Positions 29,089 through 38,588 of a stretch of 64,000 nt of DNA are shown piece by piece. The notes beneath the pieces are model-generated. The model saw only the letters and a program-made list of their open reading frames with translations, was not told where the DNA came from and searched no databases. Made by a program: the position numbers and the translations under genes. Source of the DNA: an uncultured Methylomirabilota bacterium (GTDB taxonomy: Bacteria; Methylomirabilota; Methylomirabilia; Methylomirabilales; 2-02-FULL-66-22); assembly GCA_963705305.1 (NCBI GenBank), contig OY970067.1, forward strand, positions 2,752,001 through 2,816,000. The letters run 5' to 3'. Numbering within the stretch: the first letter of the stretch is position 1; each line of letters starts with the position of its first letter.

Positions 29089-30210
29089 TCACCCAAGGTG
29101 ATCCTCAGGCCGACCATGCTCTGGGTCTGTTGGGGCGGGCCGCCGGTATCGGCCCGGCGACGCCGATTGTGGGTCGACCAGAAGTACCTCTGTGACCGCC
29201 GTTAGCATCTCCTTCACAGAGACATCGTTCACCGTGCGGGCGCGCACCACGCGGGCCCGGTCGGCGTGCGGCCAGAAGCGCACGGGATCGGTCGGTCCCA
29301 TGGTGGAGACCGACGGGACATCAAAGGCGCAGGCGATGTGGAGGGGGCCGGAATTGTTTCCGATGAACAGGCCGCATTGCGCAATTGCGGCCGCCGAGAC
29401 CCCCACCCCACACCCGCACAGGATGGCCGGTCGTACCGCCATGGCATCGGCGATCTCCTTCAAGAGGAGACGGTCTCCTTCTCCTCCGATAAGTACGGGG
29501 GACAGCCCGAGTCCCGCGGTCAGGTCTGCAAGCTGTGCGAATCTCGGTGCTGGCCACCTCTGTTCCGGGTAGAAGCCCCCGGGGTGGAAGATCGCGAACC
29601 GCGCGCCAACGCCTTGGCGGGACAGGAGATCCCGAGCCACGGTCTTCGCCTGGGGGTGGAGTTGGACCTGCAGAGGAAAAGGACGTGGCTGAAGCCCCAG
29701 GACCCGCAGGATGTCGAAGGTCTCCTGGATGAAATGCTTCCTTTCGCGGGCGGGGACGGGGATATCGAAGAAGGCCCCGCGGCCGCCGAAATCGAACCCC
29801 ACCGAGCACCGGGCGCGGGTCCGCCACGCGAGAAGCGCCGTCTTGAGTACGTAGTCGTAATGCATGTCCACCGCAAGGTCGTACCCCTCAGAGGTGAGTT
29901 CCGTCACCACGCTGGTCACCGCCCCCTGATCAAATACCAGAATCCGATCGGCCAGCTGCCCACCGTGAAGGAGCTCGCGGGCGAATGGCATCCCCAGCAG
30001 GGTGACCTCCGCACCTGGGAAACATTCCCGGAGGTTTTGGAGAAAAGGGGTGGAGAGCACCAAGTCGCCTATCCTGTCGATCCTCAGCAGGAGAATCTTC
30101 CGGCACCTCTGCGGCAGGGGCGACCGCCGGCGAACAACCGCGATGGGCGCCAGCGCCGCACGCCTCAGCCCCAGGTAGGCACAGCGGAATACGTCCCTCG
30201 CTGCGATCAC
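29089..30210 (-). CDS. Glycosyltransferase family 9
   Basis: RIDRIGDLVLSTP, HPGG, RWP, GNNSGPLH. Confidence 0.9.
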   Translation of the reverse strand: MIAARDVFRCAYLGLRRAALAPIAVVRRRSPLPQRCRKILLLRIDRIGDLVLSTPFLQNLRECFPGAEVTLLGMPFARELLHGGQLADRILVFDQGAVTSVVTELTSEGYDLAVDMHYDYVLKTALLAWRTRARCSVGFDFGGRGAFFDIPVPARERKHFIQETFDILRVLGLQPRPFPLQVQLHPQAKTVARDLLSRQGVGARFAIFHPGGFYPEQRWPAPRFAQLADLTAGLGLSPVLIGGEGDRLLLKEIADAMAVRPAILCGCGVGVSAAAIAQCGLFIGNNSGPLHIACAFDVPSVSTMGPTDPVRFWPHADRARVVRARTVNDVSVKEMLTAVTEVLLVDPQSASPGRYRRPAPTDPEHGRPEDHLG

Positions 30211-31028
30211 GTGCCCGCCTTGCCGGCCACGACCAGCATTGCCTCCGACCAGCAGAGTCCCGTGAGCGTGCGGATTGCCTTGGCAGTTTTTTCCAGCACG
30301 CGGTTCACCGGTCGGAGCGCGCTCTCATCGATGCCCTCGAAGAGCAACCGGAATCCCGCCTTCTGCAGCATGGCCCGCAGCGTGGCCGGCGTGAAGTGGT
30401 ACAGGTGCAGCTCTCGCTCGCCCGGCGTGTAGTAACGGAGCCGCCTGCCCCGCGCCAGCGGATAGACGAGGCGTAGGAGGGTGAATCCTGCCGTGGGGAC
30501 TGCCACAATCAAAATGCCCTCCGGCGTGAGTAGCTCCCGAATCCTCAAAAGCGTCTGCAAAGGGCGGTCCGTGTGCTCGAGCACGTGCCACATTGTCACA
30601 ACGTCAAAGACGATTCTCAGTTGATCGATCCCCAGCAGGTCCCCCTCTGTAATGGCGAGGCCGTGCCTCGTGCGCAGCGTCCGTGCGGCCCAGGCCGACA
30701 CCTCGGTACCGGCCACCTGCCAACCCCTGTCCTGCGCCGCCAGGAGAAACGACCCGTCCCCGCATCCGACATCGAGAAGGTGGCCGACGCGGGCGAACCG
30801 TTCTAGAAAGTCCGCTCGCCTCTCCCAGAGTTCCGCACGGGGACGGGCCTGCTCTTCCAGCCATGGACGGTAGTAGTCCGCGTCGTAGTGCGCGGCGCTG
30901 TCGAGTGCCGGGAATGGGCTCAGGAAAATCAACCCGCAACGGGCGCACTCGACCACGTACACCCCATCGGCCGCCGTTTCCAAAACGCGGGAGTCCGTTG
31001 CGCCGCAGAGATTGCACACCCCGCTCAT
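30207..31028 (-). CDS. Class I SAM-dependent methyltransferase with N-terminal Zn ribbon
   Basis: CNLCG, CARCG, LLDVGCGDG, WHVLEH, HLYHF. Confidence 0.88.
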   Translation of the reverse strand: MSGVCNLCGATDSRVLETAADGVYVVECARCGLIFLSPFPALDSAAHYDADYYRPWLEEQARPRAELWERRADFLERFARVGHLLDVGCGDGSFLLAAQDRGWQVAGTEVSAWAARTLRTRHGLAITEGDLLGIDQLRIVFDVVTMWHVLEHTDRPLQTLLRIRELLTPEGILIVAVPTAGFTLLRLVYPLARGRRLRYYTPGERELHLYHFTPATLRAMLQKAGFRLLFEGIDESALRPVNRVLEKTAKAIRTLTGLCWSEAMLVVAGKAGT

Positions 31029-32119
31029 GGACAGACCTGCTGGTACAGCGCCTCCACCGCCCGCGCGCACGCGGCGGCGTCGAATAACTGCTCCGCCCGC
31101 TTCCTGGCGGCTCTCCCCATCTGCCTTCGCCTTTCCGGCGCCAGGTAGAGATCGCGCAGGCGGTCGTGGAGGGCGCTGGCGTCCTGGGCCGGGACAAAGA
31201 AGCCGGTTTCTCCCTCGACCACCGTCTCGGCGTTTCCGCCCAGCGGCGTCGCCACGGACGGAACAGCGCAGGCCATCGACTCTATGAGTGACCGCGAGAG
31301 CCCCTCCGGGTGAAGCGTCGGGAACGCGAAGACATCCAGCGCGGAGTAAAACTCCGGCATGGCATCCGAGAAGGGCAGGAAGAGCACCCCCGTGTCGGCG
31401 GCCGCTCGCAGGGCGGTCTCATGAGGCCCCCTCCCGGCGATTAGCAACCTGGCGTCTGCGCCCCCTGCCCGCAGTCGGGAGAACGCCTCCATCAGAATAT
31501 CCAGCCCCTTGCTCGTGATGAGCTGCCCCGCATACCCGACGACGAAAGCCTGCGTGTCGATTCCCAGTCGCTCTCTCAAGGCGCCCTCGCCCACCCCCGG
31601 CTGGAACTCGGACAGGTCCACTCCGTTGTATACCACGTGGACCTTGGCCGAAAATCGCGGGGAGAACCGCTGCGCCGCGGCATGGGAGACGCAGAGGATC
31701 TTCGCACAGAGATACGGCAGGATCGCGTCGTACACCCCGCCCGACTGGGAGACCCGGGCATGGAATACGACCGGCACCCGCAGCCCTTGCAGCCCCAGCC
31801 CGCTCATGAGCGCGACGTAGACGGTGTCGCAGTGCAGGAGATCGGCGTCGAGGGCCCGGACGCGCCTGTGCAGAGCCAGGGCATGACGGACCGCCGAGAG
31901 GGAATCCAGCGACTCGCCGGCATTGAGGTCGTATACCTCTGCACCGAGATCGCGCGCCCGACGTGAAACCTCGCCCTCCCGGGGACACAATAGGATGGGC
32001 AAGAACCGTTCCCTGTCCAGATGTTTCAAAAGGAGAAGGAAGCTCACCTGCCCACCGCCCACCAGGTCGGCGTATCCGGAAAGATAGAGCACTCTGCGCT
32101 TTTCCGCGCTAGCCCCCAT
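31025..32119 (-). CDS. Glycosyltransferase family 4
   Basis: GGGQ, YNGVD, KGLD, EGLSRSLIESMA. Confidence 0.9.
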   Translation of the reverse strand: MGASAEKRRVLYLSGYADLVGGGQVSFLLLLKHLDRERFLPILLCPREGEVSRRARDLGAEVYDLNAGESLDSLSAVRHALALHRRVRALDADLLHCDTVYVALMSGLGLQGLRVPVVFHARVSQSGGVYDAILPYLCAKILCVSHAAAQRFSPRFSAKVHVVYNGVDLSEFQPGVGEGALRERLGIDTQAFVVGYAGQLITSKGLDILMEAFSRLRAGGADARLLIAGRGPHETALRAAADTGVLFLPFSDAMPEFYSALDVFAFPTLHPEGLSRSLIESMACAVPSVATPLGGNAETVVEGETGFFVPAQDASALHDRLRDLYLAPERRRQMGRAARKRAEQLFDAAACARAVEALYQQVCP

Positions 32120-33200
32120 AGAGCCGCTCTATCTCGGAGATCATCCCCTGGAGCGTAAACTTCTCGAGGAACCGCTTCCGTCCCGCCTCGCCCATGGAGC
32201 GGGCGGAGGGCGGGTCGCCGAGCATTTTGGTGATGCAGTCGGCGGCTCCGGGGACATCTCCCGGCCCGCACAGAAGTCCGTTCACGCCATCGCCAACCAA
32301 TTCCGGGACCCCCCCGACGCGGGAGCCGATGACCGGCTTGGAGGCCGCCATCGCCTCGAGGATGGCGCGCGACAGGCCTTCCCTTTCCAGCGACAGAAGG
32401 GCCATGGCATCTTGGGCTGCCAGCGCCGGGCGCACATCGGCCAGCCGGCCGGTGAATATGGCCGGAGTCCCTGTTTCCCGCGCGCGCGCCTCCAGCTCGC
32501 CACGTAGCGATCCGTCCCCTACCACGAGCAGGACCAGATTTTCCAGGCTTGTGCGAGCGATACGCACGGCCTCGAGCAGGACCGCGTGCCCCTTGTGGGG
32601 TTCCAGCGAGGCCACACATCCCAGAACCAGAGCGTCTTCCCGGAGGCCCAGATGCCTGCGGGCGAACGCCCGGTCAGGCAAAGAGGGGTCCGGGATGCCG
32701 TTGTAGATTACCTGGGTCCTGCGGCGAGGAATCCGCTCCTCCCGTACAACGAACTCCCGCACCGCTTCCGACACGCAGATGACCTTTGCGCTGAAGGCCG
32801 AGAGCATCCGCTCAATACGGCGCTGGCGTGGCCGGAGCCAGATACCTAGCGTGTGGATGTGGGCAAACACCTGGGGGGAGCGCGCCAGAACCGCCGCTGC
32901 CCTCCCGGCGGTGCAGGCCGTGTAGCCGTGGCAATGCACGGTGCGAACGCTTGCCCGACGCAGCCTGCCGGCCAGCCTGAGCAGGAAGCCCGGCGACGGC
33001 CGCTCCGCCATGTCGAAGACGTGGACTGGAACCCCGCAGGCGGCGATCTCCTGCGCGACGTCTCCCCCGCGGGCGAGGCACCAGACCTCCGGGTCGAACC
33101 GCGTTCGGTCCAGGTTAGCCACGATGTCCCGCACCACCTTCTCCAGGCCCCCCGTGCGCAGGTCCTCTACCACATGGATTACCTTGCCCGGGCGCGTCAT
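32109..33200 (-). CDS. Glycosyltransferase family 4
   Basis: GGLE, IYNGI, KGH, EGLSRAILEAMA, GGVPE. Confidence 0.9.
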   Translation of the reverse strand: MTRPGKVIHVVEDLRTGGLEKVVRDIVANLDRTRFDPEVWCLARGGDVAQEIAACGVPVHVFDMAERPSPGFLLRLAGRLRRASVRTVHCHGYTACTAGRAAAVLARSPQVFAHIHTLGIWLRPRQRRIERMLSAFSAKVICVSEAVREFVVREERIPRRRTQVIYNGIPDPSLPDRAFARRHLGLREDALVLGCVASLEPHKGHAVLLEAVRIARTSLENLVLLVVGDGSLRGELEARARETGTPAIFTGRLADVRPALAAQDAMALLSLEREGLSRAILEAMAASKPVIGSRVGGVPELVGDGVNGLLCGPGDVPGAADCITKMLGDPPSARSMGEAGRKRFLEKFTLQGMISEIERLYGG

Positions 33201-34222
33201 TGGGCACCGGTGACCGTCGCCAGGAGTTTCGCCACGCGATGGCGGTAGGTGTGGCCCGCCCGCACCTTCTCCCGTCCGCGGTCAGCGATCTCTCTGCGCG
33301 CCTCGTCGCGAGCGAGGTAATACCGGACCTTCTGCCCAAGGTCGCTTAAGTCCTTTCGGAAGATCGCCAGGTCCCGCCCGTCCTGGAAGAGTGCCCGGAC
33401 ATCCGGTTGGTCGTCGCAGAGCAGAAAACCGCCGCAGGCCATGGTCTCATAGACGCGCGGCGATGCCTGTCTGCACACCGAGCGCTGGCCGCCATCGTGC
33501 GCGCAGAGAGTGATCTTGGCCGCGCTGTATACGCGCGTCCATTCCTCCACACGGGTGTCATCGCCGCGGATCTTCGGGCGAATTGGGCTTGAGGAAGGGA
33601 TGTCGCGCGCGCCGGGACCCCAGACCGCCAGGTCGAAGTCCGCCAGGGCCTCGAGCATGGCGATCCGGTTGGGGTACATCTCTCGGTGCAGGCTTCCCAC
33701 GAAGGCGATCTCGCAGCCGTAGCGCCCTCGCTCGGCGGGTGTAAGATCGACCGGCCGGTGCAGCTCTGGATCGCACGCGAACGGGAGCCAATACGGCCCG
33801 TTTCGCAGCGCGGAGCCCCGCAGCGCCTCGATCATCTCGGTGCCACCACAGAAGACAAAGTCGAAATGCTGAGCGAGAGACACCCGCGGATCGCGAGGCT
33901 GCACGCTATCGATCGTCCAGAGCGCCGTCCGCACGCCCGCAGCCCGGGCAGCCTCCACCGTTTCGGCAAGGATTCGCTCCCCCCCCGCGCAGAGGAACAT
34001 GTCCGGGCGCTCTCGCCGGACGACACCCACTAGCCTTCGGTTCAGACGCTTCAAATCGAGGTCACCAAGTGAAGGAATCGCCTCCCGCAGTCTCCCAGGC
34101 AAGAGGAACGCCCTGTCATCGAAGCTCAAAAGGGTATGCCTGAGAGAGCGCACCGCCCGCTCGACGTATTCGGTGATCGTCGGGAAGCGCGGGTTCCTTG
34201 CCGTGACAAAAAGAATCTTCAT
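33197..34222 (-). CDS. CgeB-family glycosyltransferase-like protein
   Basis: LPFACDP, FVGS, YPNR, RVYETMACGG, HTYRHR. Confidence 0.85.
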   Translation of the reverse strand: MKILFVTARNPRFPTITEYVERAVRSLRHTLLSFDDRAFLLPGRLREAIPSLGDLDLKRLNRRLVGVVRRERPDMFLCAGGERILAETVEAARAAGVRTALWTIDSVQPRDPRVSLAQHFDFVFCGGTEMIEALRGSALRNGPYWLPFACDPELHRPVDLTPAERGRYGCEIAFVGSLHREMYPNRIAMLEALADFDLAVWGPGARDIPSSSPIRPKIRGDDTRVEEWTRVYSAAKITLCAHDGGQRSVCRQASPRVYETMACGGFLLCDDQPDVRALFQDGRDLAIFRKDLSDLGQKVRYYLARDEARREIADRGREKVRAGHTYRHRVAKLLATVTGAQ

Positions 34223-34232
34223 CCCAGCGGCC

Positions 34233-35159
34233 TCAGATGGCCCTCCGACGATTCCTACGCACCAGGGCGATGCCGTTCCAGATCAGGGATTTCGCGAGGA
34301 GATAGTGCGAGTTTATGCACGACCAATCGGCCCGGATCGCCTTGGCGAACTCCGGCGCAGCCCTCTCCGGCTGGTTCTGCTCGAGGAAAAAGATTCCTCG
34401 CATGGCGTAGTTGTGTGCTTTGAAGAACGGCAGCTCATCCCTCAGAATTTCATGCTCTGCTGCCAGGGCGGTCAGCCGTTGAATCCAGGAGAGTCTTGCC
34501 TCGTGGAAGCGTGCACTTTTCGAGTAATTGGAGGGGTGAGAAGTCCAGCGGGCGAATATGCCCGGCACGTAATGGAGCCTGCTTCCCGCGGCCAGGATCC
34601 TGATAAAGAATTCGGCGTCATCGAAGCCGGTTATGCGGTCGTCCGAACTGAGGCCGCCCACACGGTCGAAGGTCTGCTTCCGGATCAGCAGCGTCTGGAT
34701 GGAGAAGAGTCCGGTACTGGTTGCCAGGCAATGGAGCATTTCTTTCCGGCCCGCCTCCCGGCTCCGGAAAATGTCGATCAAATTCCCATTTTCGTCACGA
34801 CGCTCATAATCCGAGTAGACACCGTCGACCTCCGGGTTCTCTCGGAGAGTAGCCGCCTGCGCAGCAAGGCGTCCCGGGAGCATCTCGTCGTCCTGGTCCA
34901 GGATGCATATCAGGTCCCCTCGAGCGACCCGGGCCCCGCTGTTGACCGCCGGGCCCTTCCCTCCATGCGGGACCGATAGCGCCAGTATTCTCGGGTCGGC
35001 GAATGCCGCTATGATGTCGTTTGGAGGAACTTCGGATCCATCATCCACGACAACCGCTTCAAGGGTGACTCCTGCCTGCCGCAACACGCTGCGCAGGGAG
35101 AGGGGGAGCCATTCGTGGCCCCTGTAGTATGGAATTATCACCGAAACCTCAGGATCCAT
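34233..35159 (-). CDS. Glycosyltransferase family 2 with C-terminal TPR-like helices
   Basis: VSVIIP, VVDDGS, LDQDD. Confidence 0.88.
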   Translation of the reverse strand: MDPEVSVIIPYYRGHEWLPLSLRSVLRQAGVTLEAVVVDDGSEVPPNDIIAAFADPRILALSVPHGGKGPAVNSGARVARGDLICILDQDDEMLPGRLAAQAATLRENPEVDGVYSDYERRDENGNLIDIFRSREAGRKEMLHCLATSTGLFSIQTLLIRKQTFDRVGGLSSDDRITGFDDAEFFIRILAAGSRLHYVPGIFARWTSHPSNYSKSARFHEARLSWIQRLTALAAEHEILRDELPFFKAHNYAMRGIFFLEQNQPERAAPEFAKAIRADWSCINSHYLLAKSLIWNGIALVRRNRRRAI

Positions 35160-35198
35160 AGTTGACCAGTCGGGCCGAGATCCGTCTACGGATGCTCG

Positions 35199-36716
35199 TT
35201 AGGCCCACTTCCAAAAAACGGCCACCCTTTCCCGGGTGTGGGCGTCCAAGACCAGCCTCCACACGAGCACCGCATACACAGATGCAATCGCGAGCAGTTC
35301 AGCGATGGCGACCGGAGTAACCAGGATCTTCCCGCTGGCTGCGATTGCGCCAAATGCCAGTGAGGAGACCATGAGGGGGAGGGCTATGACCCTCACGAGT
35401 GTCCAGTAGACGCTCAGCTTTTCTCCCAGTTCGAGGCAAGAGGCGATGTGCAGCAGGAGTGCATCGACAGAGACCCGGAGGGACCATGCCGCCGCCGCCC
35501 CAGTCATGCCAAAGCTCCTGATGCAAAAATAGGCCGAAGGGATGTACAGGACAAGTTCAACGCAATGGAAAACAAGGGGGATGTGAGGTTTTCCGACAGC
35601 CTGAAGGGCCGTGACGGCCGGGCGAGCCATGGCATTGAACATGCCACCGATTGCCAAAATTGCGAGGACAAGAGCCGACCGCTCTGCAAAATCCGCACCC
35701 ATCCAAGCTGTGAGAAACTGCTTGCCCAGGAAGAGAAAAAAGGACGCGAAGAACCCGTAGGAGGCGCAGACATACAGTGTGCCCCGGTAATGCAACTCCC
35801 GGTTGTACTCCTGGCCCTTTGCCGAGAAATAGCTGTAAGACGGGAAAAGCACGGCCCCAAAGGCAGACGGGATGAACGCCAACCTGTCTATCAAGGAGAA
35901 GGGAACGGCATAGTACGTCAGCTCAGCAACGGAGATCAAGCGAGCCATAAAGAGCTTCTCGACGTTCGTCAACATAGGGCCGATGAAACTCGACAGGGTC
36001 AAGATTCCGCCGAACCTGAGGAGCCGTGTCATGCCACGCCGGCTGAATCGAGGCCTTCTCATCGCCGGCAAGAAGTGCAGGCAGAACCGCAACTGGCAAG
36101 AAAAGAGTCCGGTTTGACAGAGCAGCATGGCCCACAGCATTTCGACAAGAGAGTATCCGGTCCAAAGCAGTCCGACGCTGAGGACGATCTGCAAAGTACC
36201 AGCCACCACGGACGTAAGATTCAATATCGCGAATCGTCCCACAGACCGAAGAATTCCCGTAGTCAGCCCTATCCACATGGTGACACAGAACAGAAGCGAG
36301 CTGATGCGAAAGGCCATCACCGCCGTCGGCAGGAGTCGTGCGGGAACGCGCAGCAGGGTGGACGCGATAAACCACGCGAATACGTAGACCAAGAGCACGG
36401 AGGCAAGGCCACCGGCCACAAGCCACACCAGGCCGCTCCAGAAAGAATTGACAATTTCTTCTTGGTTGCCTTCCGCCAGGTATTGGGAGACATATTTGGT
36501 GACGGCGGCACCGAGACCGAACTCGAGAAAGGCAAAATAGCTCAATACAAAACCAGCAAGGGCGTATAAACCGTAGAGGTCAGCCTGCAGCGTCCTTACG
36601 ATATATGGAGTGGCGAGGAACGTTATTACCAGGACCCATCCCTGGCCAAAGAAATTCCAGACCACCCCAGACACAATGACATGGGACCGCTCGGTGTACA
36701 CGCTACTCATAGGCAT
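35199..36716 (-). CDS. wzx: Wzx-type flippase (oligosaccharide translocase)
   Basis: TPYIVRTL..YG, EFGLG, YYAVP, LFP, FGMTGAAAAW; about 12-14 TM segments; start at 36710 or 36716. Confidence 0.85.
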   Translation of the reverse strand: MPMSSVYTERSHVIVSGVVWNFFGQGWVLVITFLATPYIVRTLQADLYGLYALAGFVLSYFAFLEFGLGAAVTKYVSQYLAEGNQEEIVNSFWSGLVWLVAGGLASVLLVYVFAWFIASTLLRVPARLLPTAVMAFRISSLLFCVTMWIGLTTGILRSVGRFAILNLTSVVAGTLQIVLSVGLLWTGYSLVEMLWAMLLCQTGLFSCQLRFCLHFLPAMRRPRFSRRGMTRLLRFGGILTLSSFIGPMLTNVEKLFMARLISVAELTYYAVPFSLIDRLAFIPSAFGAVLFPSYSYFSAKGQEYNRELHYRGTLYVCASYGFFASFFLFLGKQFLTAWMGADFAERSALVLAILAIGGMFNAMARPAVTALQAVGKPHIPLVFHCVELVLYIPSAYFCIRSFGMTGAAAAWSLRVSVDALLLHIASCLELGEKLSVYWTLVRVIALPLMVSSLAFGAIAASGKILVTPVAIAELLAIASVYAVLVWRLVLDAHTRERVAVFWKWA

Positions 36717-37007
36717 CCGGGAGAAATTCCCGCCTGCCTCGGTCCTGCGGGAAATATTCGGGGAGCAAGACCGCATCGATAGTCAGAGGGTCTGGAGCTA
36801 AAAGAAATCCGGAGAAGTCCCACGAACAACTCCAATACGAGCCGGCGACGGAAATCCCCTGCCTACATCGGAGCAGGCCAAGCTGTCATCGGAGCATCAG
36901 GTATCATTTTTTCCCGTCGAGACGCTGGGCAGCACACTTGGGCGGTCCCCAGGAGCCGGAAAAGGGAGTTCGGAAAGACGTTGCGAATGAAAACAACTCT
37001 AGGGCAA

Positions 37008-38429
37008 TCAACGAAGCTCCTCATGACTGGCTGTGTCAGCATCGTTCCGCGGGTTCAAAGCCAACACTGCTACGACTCCAGTCAAAAACCAGAGGGGCTC
37101 CATGATTCGGACGATGATGAAGGTGTTGGCACCGACACCGTGGACAATCATGGCCACCAAGCCAGCCATGTAGCCGAGCGTGATACCCTCGAATCGCGTT
37201 CCCCGGCTGTTCCGCACGGCGTTCCATCCCACGCGGGAGACCCGCCAGAGGAGCCACAGAAACGCACCAATTCCCAGCAAGCCCCCCTCAACGAGAACGC
37301 GAATATATTGCGCATCGATAAAACCGAAGCCGGCGACACCATAGCCAAAGATGGGGCGCTTGGTCCATGCCTCAAAGCCGGTTTTCCAGCTATCAATGCG
37401 TGCGCTGGAGGACGTGTCCAGGCGAGCCCCCGCGATTTGAACGTCGCCACGATCAACTCTTGCATTGAACGTGTAATCGTATCGATCCACGACCTGTTTG
37501 GGAAAGACCAGGGGGCCGACGATGATGAGTATTCCGATCCCGACCATCAGAATCAGCCGCCGGCGACTGAGCAGGATCAGGGTGAAGAACATCGGGACGG
37601 CCGCCATCCAGGAGGTGCGGGACAGGGTGTAGAGCAGTGGAAGGGACACGACGCCGGCAAAGGCGAACCAGCCCAGCTGGGCCTGGAATGCCCGGGCGGT
37701 CAATGCCATCCCCAGGATCAGGGCCAGCATGAACACCAGGTATCCGCCAAACGTGTTGGGCTCGCCGTACTGCCCTTCGAAGGGGGCCGCCACGCGATCT
37801 CCCGAGGGGATCTGGGCGATGCCCATGATCGCGGCGATAGCGCACGTCACGAATGCCGTTGTCAGCAGTCTTCGGACCTGGCGTTCGTCTCGGACGTAGT
37901 TGACCGTCAGGAAATACACCACCAGGTACTCGACATATTTCAGGGTGAAGAAGAATCCGCGGATGGGGCTGACGGTGCCTGCAAACACCCCCAGGAGCGT
38001 GGGGATGACCAGGCTGATGATGTAGACGAAGATGGCCCGATTGAGGGGGGTCTTCCGGACGAGGCCGAGCTCTTTGAAGATGGCCGTGCGCGCGAACCAC
38101 GCCAGCGCGACCGCGACCAGAACGAGGTCCTCGATGCGGAGAACCAGGAGGTCGCCCTTGTTCTCCGGCTTTCCGATGGAGATCCCTGCCACCCCCCCGA
38201 CGACGATTTCGGGCGAGAGGAGCATGGACAGCAGGATGACGTGCAGGGCCAGCTCGGTGTTCAGGAACCCGGCCAGCACGAGCATGAAGAGCAGCGTGGC
38301 GCCCAGGCTGAGGCCCGGCGACGCGTGAGAGATGAGCAGCCCACCTCCCACCGTGAGCAGCAGGACGAAGGCGATCAGCGGCGCCGAGCCGACAACCGAC
38401 GGGTCTGCCCGCTGCGCCATCTTCGCCAT
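37008..38429 (-). CDS. O-antigen ligase/Wzy-family polymerase
   Basis: PNTFGGY, TLSR, SSARIDSW, PIFGYG, EGGLLG; multi-TM. Confidence 0.85.
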   Translation of the reverse strand: MAKMAQRADPSVVGSAPLIAFVLLLTVGGGLLISHASPGLSLGATLLFMLVLAGFLNTELALHVILLSMLLSPEIVVGGVAGISIGKPENKGDLLVLRIEDLVLVAVALAWFARTAIFKELGLVRKTPLNRAIFVYIISLVIPTLLGVFAGTVSPIRGFFFTLKYVEYLVVYFLTVNYVRDERQVRRLLTTAFVTCAIAAIMGIAQIPSGDRVAAPFEGQYGEPNTFGGYLVFMLALILGMALTARAFQAQLGWFAFAGVVSLPLLYTLSRTSWMAAVPMFFTLILLSRRRLILMVGIGILIIVGPLVFPKQVVDRYDYTFNARVDRGDVQIAGARLDTSSSARIDSWKTGFEAWTKRPIFGYGVAGFGFIDAQYIRVLVEGGLLGIGAFLWLLWRVSRVGWNAVRNSRGTRFEGITLGYMAGLVAMIVHGVGANTFIIVRIMEPLWFLTGVVAVLALNPRNDADTASHEELR

Positions 38430-38588
38430 CTCGTCACCCTCCGCCCGTCGTTGGCGGCCGTCGCATCAGGCCGAAGACCGCCGAGCCGCGAAGACAGGAA
38501 ACGGAGGTGGGATCGCAGGGCGGCAAGGGCGGGAGAAGGGGAGCCGTCCGGAGGGACAGACGAGAGCGCGGCGATGAGCTTGCCGAAA

